In this document: positions 39,555 to 51,862 of the stretch, in pieces | Layout: every line of letters starts with the position of its first letter | Numbering within the stretch: position 1 is the first letter of the stretch | The notes under the pieces: model-generated | Database searches by the model: none | Told to the model about the DNA's origin: nothing | What the model saw: the letters and a program-made list of their open reading frames with translations, nothing else | Assembly (NCBI GenBank): GCA_964016885.1 | Contig: OZ024742.1 | Span: 45,508,001 to 45,572,000, forward strand | From: Eledone cirrhosa | Lineage: Eukaryota | Length of the DNA stretch: 64,000 nt | Reading direction: 5' to 3' | Translations under genes and position numbers: made by a program

Positions 39555-39990
39555 ATACAAATTAATATAAATTAATATATGATAAACACTAATACAATTA
39601 TATAAGTGTTTGTATTGCAAATGACCAAGTTAGCTAGATTGAAAAATACTAATTAAATTAATACAGTTTGCCTGTCTCGATTTAAAATAATTCCTAAGTA
39701 TTTTGAGGTGAAACATACCAATTTTCTGGATACCTGCAGAAGAGCACAGAAATGGAATTTTCACTTATTGTTGCGAAACGGATTTAAGTTTTGAAATTTA
39801 AATTTGTCCAGGTATCACGGCTATTGCCAATATGGGTTTGTTTTTATTGATTTATTATTTTAAATCGAGACAGGCAAACTGTATTAATTTAATTAGTATT
39901 TTTCAATCTAGCTAACTTGGTCATTTGCAATACAAACACTTATATAATTGTATTAGTGTTTATCATATATTAATTTATATTAATTTGTAT
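39555..39990. repeat. 137-bp inverted repeat (39555-39691 / 39854-39990) enclosing the hammerhead
   Basis: The arms read as exact reverse complements, with (TA)-rich tracts on both sides. Confidence 0.9.
39729..39816 (+). ncRNA. Type I hammerhead ribozyme fold with long stems II/III and a variant core (CAGAAGA)
   Basis: Stem I GATACCTG/CAGGTATC (8 bp), core CAGAAGA, imperfect stem II GCA...TGC, GAAA, stem III ACGGATTTAA/TTAAATTTGT, and a GTC triplet at 39806-39808. Confidence 0.75.
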
Positions 39991-40057
39991 GTATATATAT
40001 ATATATATGTATTATATGTATATATTATCATCATCATCATCGTCATTTTAACATCTG

Positions 40058-40102
<45 letters not shown>

Positions 40103-40107
<5 letters not shown>

Positions 40108-41153
40108 CACAAGTGCAATAAGTAGCAAGTGCCCACTGGATACTAGCTCCTTCAAATGCCCAGATGGCTCTGTAGAAATAGTCAACAGTTTCCATTAGCT
40201 GGGTGACCAAATCAGCAGTGGAGAAGGGTGTTCCGACAGTACAGTAGCCAGAGTAAGAACAGGATAGAGAAAGTTCAACGAGCTACTACCACAGCTAGCT
40301 ACAAACATTTCCCCCCCTTAAATGAAGGGCAGATTGTAATATGCATGTATATGATCAACAATATTACATGGTAGTGAGACCTGATCACTGTGCGCAGAGG
40401 ACCTGTGAAGATTGGAAAGAAATGAAGCCTGCATGTTCTGATGGATGTGTAATAGTAATATACATGAACAGCAAAGCGTAAATGAACTAAAAGAGAATTT
40501 GGGCATAGGAAGGATCAGATGCAGTGTGCAAGAGAGGAAATTGCGTTGGTATGGCCATGTGATGCATATGAAGGACGACAGCTGTATAAAAAAGTGCATA
40601 GCGATATAAGTTGATGAAAACTATGGAGTAGGAAGACCTAGAAAGGCTTGGGATAGGGTGATAAAATCTGACCTTGCACAATTGCAATTTTCAAAGACAA
40701 TAACACAGGATCGAAATCTTTGGCACTACGCAGTAATGCAGAAGACCCACCTTGCCTATGTACAAAGCAAAACCTACAGTCAGTAGGCACCTGTTAACCA
40801 AATATACACCCCAATCCACTACCCCTACCCTATCCTCCCACTCCTACCAACACCACCCTCTCTCTGTAAAGTTGGTACCACAACATCCAGTCCAAATAAA
40901 TGAGATAATGAGATCGAGATCGTGTAGGTGTCACGACAAAAAAACACAGTCCACGCTGTAATGTGGACTTGTAGGTAACACGGTAAAAAGTTCCCAGTCT
41001 GCACTGTAAATGTGGTTGGTGTTAGGAAGGGCATCCAGCCGTAGAAAACCTGCCAGATAGTCCTATATGACCTTGCCTCAAGTGGGACAACACCCGTCTA
41101 ACCCATGCTAGCGTGGAAGATGGACGTTAAACGATGATGATGATGATGATGAT
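40103..41153 (+). mobile_element. RTE LINE 3' fragment
   Basis: Degraded post-RT region, the 3' UTR modules, and GGACGTTAAAC(GAT)n. Confidence 0.85.
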
Positions 41154-41245
41154 ATATATCGCCCCACCCTTGAAAGCAGGGAAAAGCGGATGTAAAATGA
41201 TGATGATGATATTATATATATATACATATATATGTATAAAACTTA

Positions 41246-41361
41246 ATATAGAAATAGTTTCTACAGGACTAGAACAGTTTCATTCGAAAGAAATCATCAG
41301 GCTTTCCTGATGATTTCTTTCGAATGAAACAGTTCTAGTCCTATAGAAACCATTTCTATAT
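41246..41361. repeat. 56-bp-arm palindrome with a hammerhead core in each arm
   Basis: Arms 41246-41301 / 41306-41361 with loop CTTT. Each reads CTGATGA-TTTCTTTCGAAT-GAAAC-(T/A)GTTCTA-GTC. Confidence 0.8.
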
Positions 41362-41782
41362 AAAATTTTGTATGTACTCTACTAATGTATTGAGTACTTC
41401 ACATACTGTGGTTACCCCTGATTGAACTCGGGACTCTCTCTCTCAACACACACACGCACATATATATTTATTAAGAACAAGGTTTCACATTAAGACCTCT
41501 ATTGATTAAGCACAGTTATGACTATTTCACAGATGAGTGACACAGGATCTGTGTCAATGTTATAGACCTTATACCAGCCCAGTCTCCTCATTGGACTTGT
41601 TAATCAAGCAAAACCAAAACCTCATCTCATATATACATTCTGGCATAGAATAGAGTGCTGATTTTGGTACCTTCTTCAGTAAACCACGAATCTTCTGAAC
41701 CAGGCAGAGAAAAGCGGACGTAAAATGATGATGATGATGATATATATATAATATATATATATATAAATATATATATAAAAAA

Positions 41783-42559
41783 AAAAAATTAGAAATAAGA
41801 GGGATCAGATGTTGTTTACTCGAGAGAAGGCTACGTTGGTACGGTCACGTGATGCGCATGAAAGACGACAGCTGTATAACAAAGTGCAGGGCAATAAAGA
41901 TAGACGGTAGCCACGGAGTAGGCAGACCCAGAAAAACATGGGACGAGCTGATAAATTCCGACCTCACACGCTTACACCTCTCCAAGACAATGTCACTGGA
42001 CCGAGACCTTTGGCGGTACTCAGTAATAGAGAAGACCCGCCTTACCTAAATACAAAGTAAAAACCTACTACAGTCAGTAGGCATCTCTATCAACCCCCCC
42101 CCCCCCCCGTCCCACCACCTCCACCCCATCCACACCGCCCCTTTCAATGTAAAGTTATGTTGGTCCCACAACATCCAGGCCGAAACAAATGAGATCGTGT
42201 AGGTGTCACGACAAAAAAACACACAGTCCACGCTGTAAATGTGGCCGTGTAGGCAACACGGTAAAAACCTCCCAGCCCCACACTGTAAATGTGGTTGGTG
42301 TTAGGAAGGGCATCCAGCTGTAGAAAACCCGCCAGACAGTCCACGCTGTAATGTGGCCGTGTAGGCAACACGGTAAAAACCTCCCAGCCCCACACTGTAA
42401 ATGTGGTTGGTGTTAGGAAGGGCATCCAACTGTAGAAAACCCGCCAGACAGTCCTATGCGAACAAGACAACCACTCTTGCCTCAAGTGGGAAAACCCCCG
42501 TCCAAAGCCATGCAAGCGTGGAACACGGACGCTAAACCTGATGATGATGATGATGATGA

Positions 42560-42563
<4 letters not shown>
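41783..42563 (+). mobile_element. Young 5'-truncated RTE LINE, near-identical to the 3' end of 3525-7540
   Basis: The C-terminal peptide MKDDSCITKCRAIKIDGSHGVGRPRKTWDELINSDLT..IEKTRLT is almost identical. It has a (GAT)n tail and sits within (TA)n. Confidence 0.92.
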
Positions 42564-42625
<62 letters not shown>

Positions 42626-42839
42626 TTATTAAAATAACAGATTAAAGTTTAAGCAAAGAATCGCTGCTTTCACCCTTAACGGATACACACACACGCACAT
42701 TTATATATACACACACACACACACACACATTTATTTTATATATATACACACACACATATATATATATACATATACACACAGATATAAAGAGGACTAGTGA
42801 AATGAAAGTGAAGGGAAACCATATGGGTACAAGGAAGAG

Positions 42840-43415
42840 CAGTTACAGATATTCAGAAATGAATATATGTGACATCACCTGCAATGAAATAGAAAAGTAG
42901 GCGGAGGTCATTTATATTTATTTCGCTCATACGACTAAACCTTTGCTGCAAAGGAGGACTGATAACTAACTTATCTTTTTCACTTTAAATGCGCATCACT
43001 TAGAAAGTAGGTCTTTGTTTTATTGTTTCATATTTATACAACACTCCCACTTTATAGCATTAATGTAAAAATACGAAGGAATTACAAGTAGTAATAATAT
43101 TAATTATAGTCAATAAAAACAACGGAAACTGATAGCGAAGAAAGACGACTGCTGTTGGATTGATTACTCATGTATATGCGTAGATGGCGAAATTATCTGT
43201 AAATTAAGTTAGCCAGGTGAAGCAACAATTTACAAACTGCAAACTGTGTAAAGTACAAACAAGTCTGTCAAGTAACGGAAGCAAAATTAGATACATTGAT
43301 GTAGTAGCATGGTGATGTGACTGAGAGACAGCTAGTTCTCTTTTTACCTGACACAAGTTGAAGCGAATCAATTAAATTTTCAGGAAATATTACATAAATA
43401 TAAAAAAAGACCTAG
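42840..43415 (+). promoter_or_regulatory. Possible promoter / 5' non-coding exon of the gene at 43928
   Basis: Unique, relatively CpG-containing sequence free of recognisable repeats, with a GC-box-like GGCGG near 42900 and a candidate donor TAG|GTAATT at 43415/43416. Confidence 0.3.
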
Positions 43416-43927
43416 GTAATTATTTAATTTATTTGTTAAAATTTTAAATACATTGTATGTATACTAAACTTCTGTCTGTCCATTTCGGTATACACACACA
43501 CATATATATATGTGTGTGTGTTATGTCATACTTCGGACACTTCAGCCTGAAAACCATCTGAAGACTACCCAGTCTAAATGGACAATTTACTATATCCAAC
43601 ACATATTTATAAAATAATCAGTGAACATTAGGCATAGAAACACCATACATGCAACACATACAAACATTCAATATCAACCATGATTTGTATCGATCTGTTG
43701 AACACGTGACTCTACAAATATAGTAAACAATAAACGCCACATTATCTTTTATTTTTCTTCCAGAGCCATGAATATATGTTGTTAATTCTTTAATGTCCGG
43801 TTTGCTGCTATTTCGCAATTAATATATCCTTCTTTATCTCGACAGAGCTTTGTACATACCCATACACACCCCAGACAAGAGTACAGTGACATAAAGTAAA
43901 TCAGGATACAACGGAATTGTTTTCAAA

Positions 43928-44299
43928 ATGATGACCGATGAAAAATTCGTGTCTGAATACCTGAGCGATGAACATCTTTCATCGGCAGATGAAAAGGAAG
44001 GTGAGTTCGTTGGTGCCACCCTAAGTTTAAAGCCAACAACAGGACCTGGTTATATCGGAGTACACACTTATCATGGTAGCAGTAATGACCCTACAGATGG
44101 TCACCCATTCATCAGTAATGACCATCGTATGCCATCTCCTATCGACAATCAAGCTATGGCTACTGACCCAAACCTTAATAGAAATCGACCTGGTAGTACA
44201 TACAGCCGTAGGAGTACTCTGAGTACGAGCAGTAGAACATCAAAGAAACGGGATATTGTCAACACAGATGAAGCGTGTGATTTATATTTTAGCTACAAG
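43928..44299 (+). CDS. Probable first coding exon (124 codons, Ser/Thr/Arg-rich, low-structure N-terminus) of an unidentified gene
   Basis: Non-repetitive ORF starting aaaATGATG and ending at a perfect phase-0 donor AAG|GTAAGT. Candidate acceptors upstream at 43763 (ttcttccag) and 43845. No downstream exon was recognised in the window. Confidence 0.62.
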
Positions 44300-45562
44300 G
44301 TAAGTACTCATAAACTATCTATCCACATGCCGTTACATTTACATACACCTTATTAAAGAAAGGTAATTATCACACTTATGAATACATTGTTAACCCATAT
44401 TTGAATTTCTACTCGATTAGATACAACTATATGTTCACACAGTTTTCTGTTTTATCTTTAACTCTTTGATAACTGGACTGACGATTAAAAAAAAAACTCT
44501 TACATTTTATGAAAGATATTGAGAAAGTTTGATAATAGGTTTAAAAACTAATATTCAAAAGGTAAGGTAGGTTAAATGGGACGTTATGGAATTTTCCAAG
44601 TGTGTTGAGGACGAAAACGAAGTGAACAAGTTATAACAGGTGAATGAAAAGGATGGACCTTGTACCGACTTCGTTCGTGTGGAGCTTACTTTTACTTAAC
44701 ATTACTGTCAGCATATATTTATAGTTGACGAAAAATAGGAAAGTTGTGACATGCATGTCACTCTTAGTAGTACCTAGTTATATTATTAAATTGATTACAT
44801 AAAGAACTATATAAACGTTCAATAAGTTTTATTCAACAATGTTTTACACAACAAATTATGTAGCGGCAGATAAGTATGTATACTTGCTTGCATGTGTTTT
44901 TATAATAACTTAACATACAACATATTTCGTACATCCTAAGTGATCTTCTACCGCTACTACAACAGCTTCTGCTCCTCTCAACTTGCCAGCTATATGAAAC
45001 TCCCATCTAAGTTGAAATTTACGACACTTGTATCATGTCTTACTTGGCTGACCCTATATTAAGCACTCGGCAATCTTCTGTTATAGTGGTGTCTCTAGCA
45101 GAACTGGTCCGCCAAATTATCGCGTGTAACACCTGCTTCATAAGTAATTGGTTAACAAATAAATCAATATTAAAACTTAAAGTAAAATCAAAAAAGCCGA
45201 ATCACCCATTGAAATTATTTCTTATTTAAAGTTACTTATATGAAAAAAAAAAAAAAAATAGAATGCTGACGGTCTGTTAGAAATAACAGCTAAATTTCCC
45301 TCAAAGTACACTCTACTGTTTCAAATAAAGCAAGGACATATTAGATAAGTTAGTCATACATACCCTAAAAAACGAGGATGGTCATGGCTGGCATGACTTT
45401 GATCATAGATCTGCTCAATCAAGACTGACCTTAGGTTAATCAGTTATAAATAGAAGACAGAAAACTAACTGCTATGTAAAAATTATTTCATAGCAACATT
45501 GAAGAGGTGAAGGGTAAAGGTTTATACATTTTAAGCTAAATATTCATATAAGGTATATAATA

Positions 45563-45750
45563 AATAATAATAATGACATTATTGTGTACAGTGCCCAGGT
45601 GCACTACAACTCATCAAAGGTGCATGTAGAGTACATAGAATAATGTATAAATGTCAGGAAAGTGAACAGTGTATGAGTCATAATATACATGTGTGCATGT
45701 GTACGGAGGGGGGATATCAGGGGTAGTGTTGGCGAATTTCAGGAAGCATG
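45563..45750 (-). mobile_element. CR1 3'-end stub (another on + at about 8345-8462)
   Basis: Matches the 3' UTR and tail of the 47876-50530 element. Confidence 0.8.
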
Positions 45751-45795
45751 GAGGTATGGAATTATAATAAACTAGTAGACACTGTAGGACATTAC

Positions 45796-45833
<38 letters not shown>

Positions 45834-46196
45834 CACACTCACACTCACACACACACACACACACGTGTGCATGCATGTATGTCCTACATACATACATACA
45901 TTGGCTGACCTCCTCAATTTAAACCACAGCAGTGTATCATCAGTGTATGATTTCTTCCTATAGTCCAGTAACCATAGATATGTCAATAAGACCTTGAGAA
46001 AAGGTGGTAAGGGAGAGGATGGACACCCCCTTCCCCATCCAAACAAAAGAGGGAATGTAATCCATATTTTAGTTACTTGAGATCATGTTTTCAGCTAAAG
46101 TTATCTAAAACTTGGTTTGATTGTATAGCTTAACATACTTAATGAGATGAGACCCACCACCATCAATTTTAATTCATTTCTTGTTATGTGATGACA

Positions 46197-46628
46197 TTGT
46201 TTGGTTGATATGTGTAGGGATCTTTAAGGTTCTAGTAGTGTTATTGTTTAGGGGAGGTGTGGTATTATTTGGTTGATATGTGTAGGGATCTTTAGGGTTC
46301 TAGTAGTGTGTTGTTGTTTAGGGGAAGTGTGATATTATTTGGTTGATATGTGTAGGGATCTTTAGAGTTCTAGTAGTGTGTTGTTGATGTTTAAGGGAGG
46401 TGTGATATTGTTTGGTTGTTATGTGTTGGGATATTTAGGGTTCTATTAGTATGTTGTTGATGTTTAAGGGAGGTGTGATATTGTTTGGTTGTTATGTGTT
46501 GGGATATTTAGGGTTCTATTAGTATGTTGTTGATGTTTAAGGGAGGTGTGATATTGTTTGGTTGTTATGTGTTGGGATATTTAGGGTTCTAGTAGTGTGT
46601 TGTTGATGTTTAAGTGAGGTGTGATATT
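46197..46628. repeat. Minisatellite, ~70-73-bp unit x ~6
   Basis: Unit TGTTTGGTTG(A/T)TATGTGT(A/T)GGGAT(C/A)TTTAGGGTTCTA..AGT.TGTTGTTGATGTTTAAGGGAGGTGTGATAT. Confidence 0.9.
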
Positions 46629-46772
46629 GAGATGGTTTGTCAGAAGATCTGTGTACCAGGCACAATCATATATTTTACTGATATCAAGTTCAATGACACA
46701 GTTTTCACCAAATATATCCAGAGCGAGGGCATACAGGCGAGTGATATAGAAGAGGATGTCTCTTGCCATTGG

Positions 46773-47376
46773 ATATGGCTTTGTGAAGGTCACTTACTAT
46801 TAGATATAGCTTTGTGAAGGTCACTTACTATTAGATATGGCTTTATGAAGGTCACTTACTATTAGATATGGCTTTATGAAGGTCATTTACTATTAGATAT
46901 GGCTTTATGAAGGTCACTTACTATTAGATATGGCTTTGTGAAGGTTGCTTGATATTAGATATGGCTTTGTGAAGGTTGCTTGATATTAGATATGGCTTTG
47001 TGAAGGTCACTTACTATTAGATATGGCTTTGTGAAGGTTGCTTGATATTAGATATGGCTTTATGAAGGTTGCTTGCTATTAGATATAGCTTCGTGAAGGT
47101 TGCTTGCTATTAGATATAGCTTTGTGAAGGTCACTTACTATTAGATATAGCTTTGTGAAGGTCACTTACTATTAGATATAGCTTTGTGAAAGTCACTTAC
47201 TATTAGATATAGCTTTGTGAAAGTCACTTACTATTAGATATAGCTTTGTGAAAGTCACTTACTATTAGATATAGCTTTGTGAAAGTCACTTACTATTAGA
47301 TATAGCTTTGTGAAGGTCACTTACTATTAGATATAGCTTTATGAAGGTCATTTACTATTAGATATGGTTTTGTGAA
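46773..47376. repeat. Minisatellite, 31-bp unit x ~19
   Basis: Unit GCTTTGTGAAGGTCACTTACTATTAGATAT(A/G) with block-wise variants. Confidence 0.95.
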
Positions 47377-47875
47377 GTTATGCTGGTGGTTGTTTAGAAG
47401 TGAATAAGGAAGGATGATAATTGGCAGGGTTAGAGGGCTGGTTGCCTTTCTTAGGAATGGCATGTTCTTCCAAAGATATAGATATACTCAGAGAGGAGGA
47501 GTGAAGAGTGTAAATTAGATATGGGTTCTTCGGTGAATTGTTTGAAGGGAACAGAAGAAACATTGTCACTACTGGTAGTTTAGTTGATTTAAAGAAACTG
47601 AAAGTATTTTCACACTTGATGTGTATGTGTAACTATAATGGCTATTCTGCTATAAGATATAATCATCAAGCGGATGTAAAATGATGATGATGAGGTAAAA
47701 AATAAAGGATAAAGCAACAAAAGAAGGGAAGAGGGGGAGGGACATATAATAATAATAATAATAATGAAATTATTGTGTACAGTGCTCAGGTGCACTACAA
47801 CTCATCAAAGGTGCATGTATAGTAAATAGAATAATGTACAAATGTCAGGAAAATGAACAGTGTATGAGTCATGAT

Positions 47876-50530
47876 ATAATAATAATAACAATAATGAAAT
47901 ATTGTGTACAGTGCCCAGGTGCACCACAACTCATCAAAAAAGTGCATGTACAGTACATAGGGCAATGCACAAACATCAGTAAAATGGACAGTGCACGAGT
48001 CATGATACACACGTGTGCATGTGTATGGAAGGGGTACATCAGGTGTAGTTTTGGCGTATTTCGGGAAGCATGAGTGTCTTAAAGGATGCAGTGTCTCGGC
48101 AGCTAACAATTGACGCAGGCAGTTTGTTCCATGCTTCAGCAACTCTGAGCGTGAAAAAATGTCTACGAAAGTCATGGGAGCTGTGCTGTTTTCTTATCTT
48201 GTAGGCATGTCCACGTGTGTTAGACACATGGAGATCAAAGAGGCGCTCAGGGTTGCAATTGGCGAGATGGTTAAAAACTTTGTGGGTATTCACCAAGTCC
48301 ATTGCCAGACGTCGGAGCTTCAATGAATCCATGCCCAGGGAAGCAAGGCGTTCAGAGTATGGTAGGTGTCTGATAGAGGGTATGCGCTTGGTTGCACGTC
48401 TCTGAACAGTTTCCAGGAGGTCAATGTTCTGAGCAAGATAGGGGTTCCAGACTGATGATGCAAATTCCAAGTGTGGTCGAACCATAGCTGTATACAGTTT
48501 TAAATAGATGGCTGGAGAGCGGCTAACAAAGATCTTGCTGAGTGATGCCAAGACACCCTCGGCCTTCTTGACAATCTTAGAGACATGCTTTGTCCAACGC
48601 AAATCGTTGCTGACAGTAATGCCCAGGTCACGTTCACAAGAGGACTTTTTGATATCAATGTTGTGGAGGGAGTATGTGGACGCTGGATTTTTCCTTCCAA
48701 AATGCATGGTGGTACACTTGTCCACAGCCAGCTTCAGTTGCCAGTCTGTGATCCATTGCTGCATTGTGTCCAGGTCTGATTGTAGGAAAGAGTTGTAAAT
48801 TTCAGGATCAGTCCTTTTGATTTCAAGGTACAGCTTGATGTCATCTGCATATTTTAGTACCGTGGCATTCTGTAAGTTGGCATCTATGTCATTAATATAT
48901 GCCACAAACAAAAGAGGACCAAGAACAGATCCCTGTGGTACACCAGATAACATCTCATATGGTGAAGAATGCTGTCCTAGAACCGTGACTACTTCTTTTC
49001 GGCTGAGAATGAAGGATTTCAACCAGTCGAAAAGATCATCCCTCACACCCATTGCAGAGAGTTTTGCCATAAGTCTTTTGTGTGGCACAGAATTAAAAGC
49101 CTTAGCAAAGTCAAGGTAAACAACATCCACCCATGAGCCGCTGTCAGTGATCCGGGTGATGTCCTCAAGGAACTTGATAAGCTGATCACAGCAGCTGGAG
49201 TTAGGGATAAATCCAAACTGTGAGGGCCGGATGAGGCTGTGAGAGCTCCAGAAGTTCCAAAGTGTTTCTCTGACACAGGATTCCATCAGTTTGGCCATAC
49301 AGCTAGTAAGACTGACTGGACGATAGTTGACAGGTGACATGCGGTTGCCCTTTTTGAACAGGAGAATGACACTGGCAGTTTTCCACTGCTCCGGAGTAGC
49401 ATCATTGTTGAGACGGTATTGAAAGAAGAAAGAAAGCTGGTGCAAAAGGAAATACCCGCCACGTTTGAGAAGCAGGTATGTCACACCATCAAGACCAGGG
49501 GAGGCATAGTTGCGCTTATTCTTAAGGTGACGTCGCAACATTGTAGGTGTAAATTCCATAGTTGTTATGGAATTTGATGTTAGAGATGGTGGAGATGGTA
49601 CATTCTGGTTTTCAACAGTAAAAATACTTGCATAGCACTCAACAATGAGTTCTGCGCATTCCTTGGGATCGTCAGTGATCTGGCTTGTGTGGGGATTGCG
49701 AAGAGGACCAACTGGAGAGTGAGGTCTCTGCTTTGAATGAACATATTTCCAGAACACCTTACTGTCAGGATTGGTTGCGATGCACTGTTCAAATTCAAGC
49801 ACTGCCTTCTTTGTCACTTGCTTGAGATGGTTAGAAGATTTATTCCGCTTTTTTCTGTTGGCATCTGATTTATGCAGTTTATATTCCCGTTCAGCGTTCC
49901 GACATTCTTTCTTGGCAAGTCGGACCGCTGAAGTTTCCCAGATTGCACTTTTGGGGTGGTTATTTTTCCGCTTCCGTGGCACTGATGCTGCACACGCTAT
50001 CCATATTGAGTCCAGGATGCTCTGGAGTATAGAGTTCACATCTCCAGAGTTATACATCTCATGCCAGTTTGGGCGCTGTAACTCAGTGCAGTACAAGTTC
50101 CAATCCGCCCTCTTCCAATCAAAGCAAGCAGATTGGAGATGGCTCTGGTTTTTGTTGCTGCCCTCAAGTGCCAGATTGGCAATGATCATAGCATGATCAG
50201 AGTCGCCTAGAGGTTCCTCAGTAGTACAACTGATAACCACTTCAGGAGTAGTGGTGAAGATCAGGTCCAAAGTGTTGTCACCTCTTGTTGGAGAGGTGAC
50301 TACTTGTGACCAGTTTGAGTCCAGCACTAGTTCAAGGAAATCGTTTGCACCTTGTGGCCAACGAAAGGTTTCCCAATCGATCTCAGGATGATTGAAGTCA
50401 CCTGCAATAAACACATAAGTGGCTGTTTTCTTGGCAGCAACTCTGAGGATATCGCAAAGCTGTGTGTCCTGATGGTAGTTTGGGGGGCGATAAACAACAC
50501 CATATACTATGACAACCTGAGCTGTTGGTC
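47876..50530 (-). mobile_element. 5'-truncated CR1-group LINE
   Basis: Long ORF2 remnant plus a 3' UTR ending in an (ATT)n tail. A second copy of the 3' end lies in tandem at about 47745-47875. Confidence 0.92.
48039..50414 (-). CDS. CR1-group ORF2 (partial APE endonuclease + RT), N-terminally truncated
   Basis: AGDFNHP, TLDLIF, SDH, NYRPVSLTS, DVVYLDFAKAF, GVPQGSVLGPLLF, YADD, ERDLGI, LY..MVRPHLE. The frame stays open upstream through GVVYRPP. Confidence 0.9.
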   Translation of the reverse strand: MFIAGDFNHPEIDWETFRWPQGANDFLELVLDSNWSQVVTSPTRGDNTLDLIFTTTPEVVISCTTEEPLGDSDHAMIIANLALEGSNKNQSHLQSACFDWKRADWNLYCTELQRPNWHEMYNSGDVNSILQSILDSIWIACAASVPRKRKNNHPKSAIWETSAVRLAKKECRNAEREYKLHKSDANRKKRNKSSNHLKQVTKKAVLEFEQCIATNPDSKVFWKYVHSKQRPHSPVGPLRNPHTSQITDDPKECAELIVECYASIFTVENQNVPSPPSLTSNSITTMEFTPTMLRRHLKNKRNYASPGLDGVTYLLLKRGGYFLLHQLSFFFQYRLNNDATPEQWKTASVILLFKKGNRMSPVNYRPVSLTSCMAKLMESCVRETLWNFWSSHSLIRPSQFGFIPNSSCCDQLIKFLEDITRITDSGSWVDVVYLDFAKAFNSVPHKRLMAKLSAMGVRDDLFDWLKSFILSRKEVVTVLGQHSSPYEMLSGVPQGSVLGPLLFVAYINDIDANLQNATVLKYADDIKLYLEIKRTDPEIYNSFLQSDLDTMQQWITDWQLKLAVDKCTTMHFGRKNPASTYSLHNIDIKKSSCERDLGITVSNDLRWTKHVSKIVKKAEGVLASLSKIFVSRSPAIYLKLYTAMVRPHLEFASSVWNPYLAQNIDLLETVQRRATKRIPSIRHLPYSERLASLGMDSLKLRRLAMDLVNTHKVFNHLANCNPERLFDLHVSNTRGHAYKIRKQHSSHDFRRHFFTLRVAEAWNKLPASIVSCRDTASFKTLMLPEIRQNYT

Positions 50531-51862
50531 AAGCTCAGGTACTTGACTATCTTCTTATCCTCCGCAGTGTGGACAGCGGAGCCCAGGTAGATGGCCAAAG
50601 CAACAAGGCTGGAGGTGGGGAATGAGTCGCTGCATGGTGTGTAGTGTGTAAAGGGGTAGTTATGGAGAATATTTACCTTGTGTGAGCAGTGAATATGGAG
50701 GATATCTCTACAGCAATACCTCTTACAGAAATATCATACTGGAAAATTGGAGGAAAGACAGATTCTATGAAATTACACCATGGCAATACTACTTACAGAA
50801 CCATGATGTTGGAGAACTGGAGAAATGTTTGCCATTCAGAACTCTATTCTCTTTTTCTTACAGAGAGAGCTGTTACATAAGAATTCAAATATTTTGAACA
50901 AAACCCTTCCAAATTTCAGCTATTATTTATGTTATGTATGCCTTCTAGCATAGTTACGTCCTTTTACAGTCAGAGTTCAAATCCCACCGAGGTTAACTTT
51001 GCCTTTCATCCTTACGGGGTCGATAAAATAAAGTACCAGTAATGTACTGAGTAATTGCTGGCCTTGTGCCTAAAGTAGAAACAATTATTTATGTTATGTA
51101 TGGACCCATAACTCCCGAGGGAGTTGTAGGAGTGCCATATTGAAATACAGCAGATTGCTTCCAGAGAAGGATAGAGAGTGAGAAAAAAGAAGTGAGAAAG
51201 AGATGTAGAAGAAAAATCAACCACAGTACTAGACTGGTACTTTTTTTTTATCGACCTCAAATGGATTTGAACTTGAGAGCAGAAAACCAGAATGAATACC
51301 ACAAAGCATTCTATCAGATGTTCTAATGACTCTGCCAGCTATTTTAACAACTTGTTAATCAATAAAAAATATGGTTAAAATGTTGACCAGTAAATACATG
51401 AACAAATTCAGCTCTAAATTTGTTAGTAAAACCTCAACTGTAATAGGAAATGTGTTGAGCATTACTGGTAATATCATCTGTTTACCCTCTTTAAAAAAAA
51501 CAAAAACTGCTTTTAACTCTAGTGAGGTCTCATATTGTAAAATGACATATGAGAAAGCATTTTCTTTCGTTAAAAATTACAAACTTCCAAACATACCAGA
51601 CTAAAATGTAGGATTGATGACAGAGTAGGTGTAAAGAGACATCTCAAGTTTCATAATTGATTTAATAATTGATTTAATAGATACGTTTTCAGCTGGAATC
51701 CTGTAATGGTTGACTTCTTTTTAATCAGTGAAATATATATCAGTAACATGCCACAATCAATGCAATCAATGTGTGTTAACTTAGCAAATTATACTAATAA
51801 CAGAAACTGACTGGAGCTACTCAACAATAGCAAAAGGTCTGCATTTCGTTTGTTTTTATTGT

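Noticed and set aside
41655-41685. Minus-strand CTGAAGA-AGGTACC-AAAA
   Set aside because: No GAAA and no supporting stems.
46773-47376. CRISPR-like regular repeats
   Set aside because: The units are contiguous with no unique spacers, there are no cas genes, and the context is eukaryotic. The same applies to 34700-35222.
50682-50897. Short ORFs as candidate exons of the 43928 gene
   Set aside because: No convincing splice sites or recognisable motifs.
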